Below the pieces are notes generated by a model, which saw only the letters and a program-made list of their open reading frames with translations, made no database searches and had not been told where the DNA came from. 13,973 bases of DNA from the NCBI GenBank assembly GCA_016839605.1, contig JAEOTX010000017.1, forward strand, positions 1 through 13,973. Reading direction: 5' to 3'. Position 1 is the stretch's first letter. Every line of letters starts with the position of its first letter. A program made the translations under genes and the position numbers. Source of the DNA: Candidatus Thorarchaeota archaeon (GTDB taxonomy: Archaea; Asgardarchaeota; Thorarchaeia; Thorarchaeales; Thorarchaeaceae). Below are positions 1 through 7,122 of this stretch, in pieces.

Positions 1-2287
1 GCCTCCGAGTAGAAGCGATAGACCAGCTACTCAAGAGAGCACTAGCCAGTGTTGTGATGAAAAGCGTTGCAAGTGCTGCGTTGACTACAACTTGGATTGC
101 ACTCAACGCCGCTTCGTAGTCTGCTTCCAAAGAAGAAACTCTGACTGGATGCGCATTCGCGGTGAGCACTATCTCAGCAATTGTTTCATCAGGATCGGTT
201 GAGTCGATCAAAATACTTCCAATTGTGAAATCCTGTTCACGGACTTCTACCCAGGTCTCAGGACCAATAATAACGAAAACCGGATTCACTACACTAACTA
301 CAAACACTGGAACAGCTGATTCGCAAACTCCAACTACCCGAATGTTTGTTGCTGCTCCAACCTCGATGAAATCTCCAACTTGTATGTTCAATGCATAGGC
401 TGTGTATTCGGAAATGATACACGTGCTTCTCTCATCTATAGAAAAGAAACCCAGAGATGCGTTCTCCTGTTCTATTATTGACAGAGATGCCAGTCGTGCA
501 AACCCTTCAGGTTGAATACCTATTATCAACCCGAACTGGGTATTGAACGGGCTGCGTATGTTACTCAATCCTTGATCCATAGCGACTGCTTCCGTAACAT
601 TCGCTATATTCTCCACTTCGTCAATGAAGTTCACTTGTTCTGGAGGATCCATGTACACAACGATATCAGCAGAACTGGTCTGCCAGCCAAGATTCGAGTT
701 CCAAGACTCTGTAACAGCCAGGCCAACATTCGTTGAAGCGAAGAAAAGAACGGTGACTGCAACGAAAAGGTTGAACACGATAAGTCCGCTGAGTGTATTG
801 CGTCGAATATTCTTCTTCGACATCGATCGGACTACCTGTGATGATCTGGATACTAACGGTCGAATCACTAGTTCAGAATTTGCGAGCTTTGGAGATAGTG
901 TGACAACAGCAAGCAAGAACGCTGGAATCGAAGATATTCTAATGAAATCTGATGAGATCCAACGAAAATCGAACAGATCTGAAATCACCTGCAAAATGAC
1001 CAGCGAGACGAGTATCAGGGAGATAATTCCAAGAGCTCCTTGAATTTGTTTTCTAGCTCGTTGAGAAACAGTGCTTCTGTTTTGTGATGGTGCAATTGGG
1101 CCTGTACCAAGACTCTCAATAACAGATCCCCTTGATGCCCTCCAAGCGGGTAGATAACCTGCGAACAGCGTAAGCAGGATACCAAAGAAGCCAGCCAACA
1201 GTACCATCACGGGGTCAAACGCGTTCACTGACTGAATGAATTTTGCAGTTGGTGAGATTGTCACTATAGATAGCAATAGCGTCACGAACTGAATGACGAT
1301 GGCACCCATCGCAAGGCCTAGAATACCTCCAAATATCGCACCTACGAAGCCAATTGTGCCAATCTCTGACATGAACAGCATGAGCACTTTAGGTCTCGGT
1401 GCGCCAAAAGCAAGAACAACCCCTGTTTCATATCGTCGTTCGTTGAACACCATCGCAAAAGCAGAGAAGACACGAAACACTGCAATGAAGCCTGCGGCTA
1501 CAACAAGAGCCAAGAGAATGGTCCGTGCTTGGGTGAGAAAGATGCTGGCAAGCTCAAGGGGATAGACCTTGACATTAGAAACAATGTAATCCTCATCAAG
1601 AATGCTTGTAATGTGATTCACAATATTCGGGGCTCGAAAGATATCATCGATTTCCACCAAAAGCTTCCCTACTGAATAGTCTGGGTATCTGATATGGTAA
1701 ATAGAGTGTGCAGTTTCAAGAGAAACAAAGATTACCGGCCCAATGACACCCTTATCAAGTGCTAATCCAGAGCCGCTGACATTTAAGAATTGAAATCCTG
1801 CAGTGGTTGTTAATTGAAGCTCGTCACCAACACTTAGGTTTAGGAGATTTATCGCTTCTCGTGTTAGGAAACATTGATTGTCGGAGAGGTCGAGGATTCC
1901 CTCGGTAGAGTTGAGACTGCCTATATGTTGCTCCTCGTGCAGATCTAGACCAACCAAGATTAGGTAAAGATTACTCGTTCCGTTCTCTACCCAGACATAT
2001 TCTTCGATTCTGGGAATAGTGTTCGTTACGCCCGCGATTCGCTCTATTTCTCCACGCATTTCAGTTGTTATGCGTCGATTCCATTGTCCACCATTTGAAA
2101 CCGTGATGTCGATTGGCGAAAGTGTGTCTTGAAGGAAAAGGTTCGCACTATTCTGGAGGTTTGTACTTGCGGAGAGAGCTGTGTAGAGGAGACTCACTGA
2201 TATCGCAATTGAGATGACGGTGAACATGGCGACGCGCTTTCTTCGAAAAGCGTTTCTGAATCCCATGCGCACTATTTCTCTACTCAA
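1..2287 (-). CDS. FtsX/MacB-family ABC transporter permease with two extracellular-domain + FtsX repeats (3'-truncated by window edge)
   Basis: Translated by hand on the minus strand. TTG start at 2287 with GAGG 5 nt upstream, and the frame is open to position 2. N-terminus is MSREIVRMGFRNAFRRKRVAMFTVISIAISVSLLYTAL. First FtsX motif is FNERRYETGVVLAFGAPRPKVLMLFMSEIGTIG...GYLPAWRASRGSVIESL. The second repeat starts KKNIRRNTLSGLIVF and ends ...LLSSWSIASTRR at the edge. Both extracellular domains carry a (L/I)xVGD motif (LSVGDEL, IQVGDFI). It is absent from the ORF track because its stop lies outside the window. Confidence 0.92.
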   Translation of the reverse strand, partial: MSREIVRMGFRNAFRRKRVAMFTVISIAISVSLLYTALSASTNLQNSANLFLQDTLSPIDITVSNGGQWNRRITTEMRGEIERIAGVTNTIPRIEEYVWVENGTSNLYLILVGLDLHEEQHIGSLNSTEGILDLSDNQCFLTREAINLLNLSVGDELQLTTTAGFQFLNVSGSGLALDKGVIGPVIFVSLETAHSIYHIRYPDYSVGKLLVEIDDIFRAPNIVNHITSILDEDYIVSNVKVYPLELASIFLTQARTILLALVVAAGFIAVFRVFSAFAMVFNERRYETGVVLAFGAPRPKVLMLFMSEIGTIGFVGAIFGGILGLAMGAIVIQFVTLLLSIVTISPTAKFIQSVNAFDPVMVLLAGFFGILLTLFAGYLPAWRASRGSVIESLGTGPIAPSQNRSTVSQRARKQIQGALGIISLILVSLVILQVISDLFDFRWISSDFIRISSIPAFLLAVVTLSPKLANSELVIRPLVSRSSQVVRSMSKKNIRRNTLSGLIVFNLFVAVTVLFFASTNVGLAVTESWNSNLGWQTSSADIVVYMDPPEQVNFIDEVENIANVTEAVAMDQGLSNIRSPFNTQFGLIIGIQPEGFARLASLSIIEQENASLGFFSIDERSTCIISEYTAYALNIQVGDFIEVGAATNIRVVGVCESAVPVFVVSVVNPVFVIIGPETWVEVREQDFTIGSILIDSTDPDETIAEIVLTANAHPVRVSSLEADYEAALSAIQVVVNAALATLFITTLASALLSSWSIASTRR

Positions 2288-2335
2288 AGGTGCCTCGTCT
2301 CCAAGTCACAAGATAGGCCTGAGAGGTCAGTACTT

Positions 2336-2367
2336 CGTAATAAGAAATATGAGTAGATAAAACAATT
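2336..2367. promoter_or_regulatory. Probable divergent promoter region (AT-rich, TATA-like elements)
   Basis: Most AT-rich patch of the intergenic region between the divergent permease and kinase. TTTTATCT on the minus strand (about 2362-2355) and TAATAAGAAATAT on the plus strand. Confidence 0.35.
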
Positions 2368-2490
2368 CTCTTCGGCTGGCAAGAACCATTCTGATAGGTC
2401 CACCCTGCCGGTTGGAGTTGATCAAGACTGTCGGATAGTAGACGTCTTACTGCCAAATTTGTACTCCGGAGAATCGCTGAACTTCCCTTT

Positions 2491-3735
2491 TTGTTGACCG
2501 AACCAGCATCCGAGATAGAGCCAGGGGGTCCAACATTAAAAGCAAGATATGTATCAACTGCGCTGTTTGCGGGATGCATTATATTTCCTATACTTCAGAT
2601 AACAAGTATTGTCATTCAGGAAATGCCACTTTACACTGCAATGACCTTTCTCGCCGCTGGTCTATATCTACTCAGCAGGACCAGATATTACCAGGCCGCA
2701 GCAAAAATCGGAATCATTCTTGTCGCTATACTACCGTTCATAGCATTGGCTGCTAATCCAGTCTGGGATCAGCGTGGACTCATGTTCCAAATCATCACTT
2801 GGCCAGTCTTGGCAGTAGTGATTGGTAGTCAAATCCTTAGTCCAAGAGTCGAAACTCTCTTGGCTATTATATTGAATGCAGGTCTCATTATATCAGCCGC
2901 GGTCCATCCCGGGATTGCGATTCCTGTCGCAGCTGAAGTGATTGGGGCTGAAATCGCATTAACCGTTCTCGTACTGCTTGGAAATTGGACACACATGTAC
3001 TATGTGGACCAACTAGAGAGAAGAAATCGAGACTTGGATGAAAGACAAAAGGAACTGCGAATATACACTTCATTATTGACACATGATCTAGGTAATGATA
3101 TGCAGGTGGTCATTGGCGGAATCGAACTCTCAACGATGATGCTTCCATCTCAAGAAGGCAGAATACCTGAGCAGCTTAAGACATCTTTGGCTGCGGGAGA
3201 AAGGATGGCTAGCTTGCTTAGATTATTCTCAGCTCCACCACCTGATGAGTTCGAAAACGTAGTTTCTATGCTTGAGTACATTGCAGGTCTTGCCAAAATG
3301 ACAGATAAAAACATCTCAATTGAAATCAGTGCAGACAAAGAATCTAGAGAAGTCCGTCCCACCAGCAGGCTTGTCAGTACCGTCTTTCAGAATCTAATTC
3401 GAAATGCATCTCAGCATGCAGGGGATAATCCCTCTGTTGAGGTCATGGTAAAAATGCAGCAGGAGATTCTTGAAGTCATCATTTGTGACGATGGTCCGGG
3501 AGTGCCAGCCCAATTCATAGACGTAATATTCGAAAAGGGATTCACGACAAAAGGTGGCGCTGGTATGGGGCTATATCTTACAAAATCAATCATGGAACAC
3601 TTGGGTGGGAAAATTGAGCTGATAGATTTAGTTGACAGAGATGGATGTGCCTTTCGGTTGCTAATTCCCATTCAGCAGATTGCTAAGGATGAGCTCGGAT
3701 ACAGTAGAGTTCTTCGACAGGGGCCTAGGATATAA
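2491..3735 (+). CDS. Membrane-bound sensor histidine kinase (about 6 TM + DHp + HATPase_c); true start may be CTG at 2428
   Basis: H-box LLTHDLGNDMQ, N-box FQNLIRNASQHA, G1 DDGPGVP, F-box IFEKGFTTK, G2 GAGMGLY. Six hydrophobic segments in the first ~170 aa are followed by a coiled coil (QLERRNRDLDERQKEL). Confidence 0.95.
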   Translation: MLTEPASEIEPGGPTLKARYVSTALFAGCIIFPILQITSIVIQEMPLYTAMTFLAAGLYLLSRTRYYQAAAKIGIILVAILPFIALAANPVWDQRGLMFQIITWPVLAVVIGSQILSPRVETLLAIILNAGLIISAAVHPGIAIPVAAEVIGAEIALTVLVLLGNWTHMYYVDQLERRNRDLDERQKELRIYTSLLTHDLGNDMQVVIGGIELSTMMLPSQEGRIPEQLKTSLAAGERMASLLRLFSAPPPDEFENVVSMLEYIAGLAKMTDKNISIEISADKESREVRPTSRLVSTVFQNLIRNASQHAGDNPSVEVMVKMQQEILEVIICDDGPGVPAQFIDVIFEKGFTTKGGAGMGLYLTKSIMEHLGGKIELIDLVDRDGCAFRLLIPIQQIAKDELGYSRVLRQGPRI

Positions 3736-3755
3736 TTCCTGACTGGATGTCTACT

Positions 3756-3781
3756 CAAAGAATAAATGTGCGGACGCGCAC
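3756..3781 (+). promoter_or_regulatory. Putative BRE/TATA-like promoter of the DUF4139 pair, followed by inverted repeat GTGCG-N4-CGCAC
   Basis: CAAAG-AATAAAT at 3756-3767, about 35-40 nt before the TTG start. Inverted repeat arms at 3768-3772 and 3777-3781. SD GGAG at 3791-3794. Confidence 0.4.
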
Positions 3782-3801
3782 GGATTGCCGGGAGATAATT
3801 C

Positions 3802-5397
3802 TTGACAGAGATTAAGACCAAGGTTCAACGGGTCACCGTCTTTCGAGATGGTGCGCGTGTGTCCAGAAATGGAACCGCGAAACTAGATGCAGGGCCTCAG
3901 AAGGTTCTAGTCAAGGGCATAACTTCCTATGCACAAGAGGACAGCTTTCGAGTGAAAGGCAAGGGTCCCGCAGCACTGTCCACTATCGATGTTAGAAGAA
4001 CAGAGGTTGTGTTTGATCCGAAAGAGGATGTTAAGCCGCTCTACGATGACTTAAAGAAACTAGAGAGATCTCTCCAGAAGACGAATGATGAGATTGAAAC
4101 ACATAATCAAAGGCTCTCCAATATTCGTGGAATGGTTGGGGACTTCGCAGGGAATTTCGGCATGCTCTTTGCAGCTAATGAAGCAAAGATAGAACAGCTA
4201 ATGGAGATGGATTCCAAATCAGATAAGATGGTCGAGGCTGTTAAGAAGAAGATTAGAAACCTCCAAGAGAACCGTAAAGAGATTCAGGACCAGATTAACA
4301 TCTTGAGGAACAACATCGGACAGATCGAGTCCAAGAGAAGAACCGATTCATTCTATGAGGTCGAAATATCACTGGAGGTTAGGGACAAGGCAGAAGTTGA
4401 ATTGGATGTGACATACCAGGTGAGCGGTGCATACTGGATTCCATCCTATGATGTGGACCTGCACCCTGGGAATGCAAAGGTTCGGAGGATGGCGCTTGTT
4501 TCCAATACAACACGTGAGGACTGGGATAAGGTCAATCTCATTGTGTCAACAGCAACAGCACGCCCTGTTGAGGCGGTTGAGGGTTCGCCTCTCATTATCA
4601 CAGCATATGATCCAGAAGTGCTCAGAAGGAGACGCGATGAAAGAAGGCGGGTATCTAGTGCGAGGGCAATGAAAAAGGAAAAAGCCATGCCAAGGCCAGC
4701 TGCGGCAGCTCCAGGAGCCATGCCACCTCCAGCTCCGCCCCCAGAGATTGAAGAGGAGTTTGCTGAGGCTTCAGAGGCGGCCTCTGGGATATCAGTGTAT
4801 GAACTGCCTAAGCCTGTAACAATTCCATTCGACAACGAACGTCATCCTGTGACGCTGATTGAGGAGGAATTCGAGTCAAGCACAATTCATTATTGGTACG
4901 CAGATGGAATGGCAGAGGTGGTAGCACAGGATGAGATTACAAATGGTGATACCGTGCTTCTACCCGGAGGCGCAAAGGTGTATGCAGAAGGCGACTATAT
5001 CGGTGAGACTAGCATCAGCCTGATGAGTCCTCGTGAGAAGTTCAAGCTCGGGACAAGGACGGCATATGACGTCAAGGCAACAAAGAAGCTTGTGGAACGG
5101 GAAGTTGAGAAGGCAGGCATAACTCGTGGAAAACTGAGAAGGGCATACAAGTATCTCCTTGAGATAGAGAGCTATTCAAAGCGTTCAGTGAAGATGGAAG
5201 TCTTCGACAGAATCCCTCATAGTCTGAATCCCTCCATTGAGGTAAAGGTGGACTGGGAGAAACTCAGAATAAAGAAGCAAGAGCTTGGCGTCATGGAATG
5301 GAATATCGAGCTAGAGCCAAGGGAGAAGAAGAATATAGAATACAACTATGCAGTGGAGTGGGAACGGAATGTTTCAATCAATCCCCCGCTGCCCTAA
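3802..5397 (+). CDS. DUF4140/DUF4139 protein (TIGR02231, mucoidy inhibitor MuiA-like), paralog 1
   Basis: N-terminal VTVFRDGARVSR...DSFRV motif (DUF4140), then a long coiled coil, then YQVSGAYWIPSYD...NTTREDWDKVNLIVST and C-terminal VFDRIPHS...GVMEWNIEL (DUF4139). TTG start with GGAG SD. No signal peptide. Confidence 0.9.
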   Translation: MTEIKTKVQRVTVFRDGARVSRNGTAKLDAGPQKVLVKGITSYAQEDSFRVKGKGPAALSTIDVRRTEVVFDPKEDVKPLYDDLKKLERSLQKTNDEIETHNQRLSNIRGMVGDFAGNFGMLFAANEAKIEQLMEMDSKSDKMVEAVKKKIRNLQENRKEIQDQINILRNNIGQIESKRRTDSFYEVEISLEVRDKAEVELDVTYQVSGAYWIPSYDVDLHPGNAKVRRMALVSNTTREDWDKVNLIVSTATARPVEAVEGSPLIITAYDPEVLRRRRDERRRVSSARAMKKEKAMPRPAAAAPGAMPPPAPPPEIEEEFAEASEAASGISVYELPKPVTIPFDNERHPVTLIEEEFESSTIHYWYADGMAEVVAQDEITNGDTVLLPGGAKVYAEGDYIGETSISLMSPREKFKLGTRTAYDVKATKKLVEREVEKAGITRGKLRRAYKYLLEIESYSKRSVKMEVFDRIPHSLNPSIEVKVDWEKLRIKKQELGVMEWNIELEPREKKNIEYNYAVEWERNVSINPPLP

Positions 5398-5406
5398 GGA
5401 GGTGTA

Positions 5407-7002
5407 ATGATGACGGTAAAGATGAAAACACGCATAACCAATGTAACAGCATTCCGTGATGGTGCAAGAGTCACGCGGTCTGGAAAGGAGCAACTCGTGC
5501 CAGGAGAAAATGAGGTCATCATTGCGGGCCTCTCCTATCTCGCACAGGACGACAGCTTCCGAGTCAAGGGTCGAGGCGCAGCGGTTCTCAAGGGAATTGA
5601 TGTGAAGCAGAAGACTCAGACCTTTGAACCCGAGGGCGACTTAGGTGCCCTCATTGAAGAATTTGAAGAGCTTCAGAAGAAACGTCAGATAATAGCAGAC
5701 CTTATTGAGCAGCAGAACTCGAGGTTAGGTTTTCTTTCTTCAATATCTCAGCAGTTCTCCACAGAGTTTGGGAAGTGGTATGCCGCTGGAGAATCCGGGA
5801 TGGAACAGCTCGACGAGATGGATAAAACGAGTCTGAAGCTTGTGAGTGATGCAAAGAAGAAGATTCGAGAACTGCATGACGATTTGGAGGAGATAGACGC
5901 GAAGATTCAGGTTGTCCAGACGAATATACAGAGGATGAGGGGTCACAGGCGCACTGAAACCACCAAGGAGGTCAAGGTCATGCTTGATGTCAAGGAGAAC
6001 ACGGAAATCGAGCTGGAGATGACCTATCAGTTAGGTGCTTCCGGTTGGGCGCCAACTTACGATGTTGATATTGGAGAAGGATTCGCTAACGTCAAGCGAA
6101 TTGCAATGGTGCACAACGGAACACTTGAGGACTGGGTCGATGTTGATCTCGTTGTTTCAACTGCTAGTGCCAGACGTGTTGAGGCTGTGGAAGCAACACC
6201 CTACTACGTTGACGTGCACTCTCCTTCACTTAGAGCTGTGGGATCTGGAGGACGTGCTCTAAAGGGCTACGCAGAGAGCGTTGATGATTTCGATGGAGCG
6301 ATGGAACTCTACGCCGTCGAAGAGGCGCCAATTCCAGAGCCAGTCCCAGAAATCATTGAAACCTATGCAACTGCTAGTGAGACCCTAAGTGGGACAATAA
6401 TCTACGATGTTCCAGGAAAAGTTACATTGCCTACAGGTGAGGAGCCGCAGCCAATAACCCTCACCGAAGAGTCCTTTGAGGCGAAACGTCTGTACTACTG
6501 GAATGCATATGCCATGCCAGAAGTCGTGGCACAGGACGAGATAACCAACGGCGACTCGGTCATGTTGCCTGGGAATATCAGAGTATATGCAAAGGGGGAC
6601 TTCCTTGGCGAAACGAGGATTGGTCTGAAGGCGCCCCGTGAAACCTTCAGGCTGGGCACGAGAACGGCTTATGACGTAAAGGCTGAAAAGAAGCTTGTTG
6701 AGAAAGACACTGAGAAGGCAGGATTAACAAGAGGAAAACGAAGGCGAGGATACCGGTACCAACTGGAGATCAAGAGCTTCTCAAAGGAGCCGTTAGATAT
6801 CCGCATTGTTGATAGAATTCCTCATAGCAACTCTGAGAAGATTGAGGTCGAGTTTAAGCCGACGGAGATAGCTCCTAAGAAGAATGAGTTGGGTGTGCTT
6901 GAGTGGGAGGTCAAGATTGACGCCCAACAGGAGTTAACCGTCAAATACGCATATGAAGTGCAATGGGAGAGAGACCTGACCATAAGGCCGCCCCTGCCGT
7001 AG
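5407..7002 (+). CDS. DUF4140/DUF4139 protein (TIGR02231, MuiA-like), paralog 2
   Basis: Same motifs as paralog 1 (VTAFRDGARVTR, DSFRVKG, WAPTYD, EDWVDVDLVVST, IVDRIPHS, GVLEWEV). SD AGGAGGTG overlaps the upstream stop codon. The second ATG (5410) fits SD spacing better. Confidence 0.9.
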   Translation: MMTVKMKTRITNVTAFRDGARVTRSGKEQLVPGENEVIIAGLSYLAQDDSFRVKGRGAAVLKGIDVKQKTQTFEPEGDLGALIEEFEELQKKRQIIADLIEQQNSRLGFLSSISQQFSTEFGKWYAAGESGMEQLDEMDKTSLKLVSDAKKKIRELHDDLEEIDAKIQVVQTNIQRMRGHRRTETTKEVKVMLDVKENTEIELEMTYQLGASGWAPTYDVDIGEGFANVKRIAMVHNGTLEDWVDVDLVVSTASARRVEAVEATPYYVDVHSPSLRAVGSGGRALKGYAESVDDFDGAMELYAVEEAPIPEPVPEIIETYATASETLSGTIIYDVPGKVTLPTGEEPQPITLTEESFEAKRLYYWNAYAMPEVVAQDEITNGDSVMLPGNIRVYAKGDFLGETRIGLKAPRETFRLGTRTAYDVKAEKKLVEKDTEKAGLTRGKRRRGYRYQLEIKSFSKEPLDIRIVDRIPHSNSEKIEVEFKPTEIAPKKNELGVLEWEVKIDAQQELTVKYAYEVQWERDLTIRPPLP

Positions 7003-7035
7003 CGTTATTCGACAGTTACAGAGCTTCTTACGGAG

Positions 7036-7052
7036 TTCCGACACCTTAAATA
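7036..7052 (+). promoter_or_regulatory. Archaeal-type TATA box of the peptide-binding protein gene
   Basis: TTAAATA at 7046-7052, about 70 nt upstream of the TTG start, which has a strong AGGAGG SD. Confidence 0.55.
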
Positions 7053-7122
7053 CGAACCTAGGCAGATTCTAGTGCACAACTCGCGAGACTAATGTTCGCT
7101 TGTTGGTAAAGGAGGAAACCTC

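Noticed and set aside
162-1565. Plus-strand ORFs 162-398, 512-736, 624-1043 and 1293-1565
   Set aside because: Antisense shadows of the minus-strand FtsX permease, with no recognisable motifs.
2280-2579. 99-aa minus-strand ORF spanning the divergent intergenic region
   Set aside because: Overlaps the kinase 5' end and the likely promoters, and has no SD or protein-like features.
3802-7002. DUF4139 pair as a recent DNA duplication, assembly artefact or mobile element
   Set aside because: The copies are strongly diverged in nucleotide and protein sequence, and there are no terminal repeats or transposase/integrase motifs.
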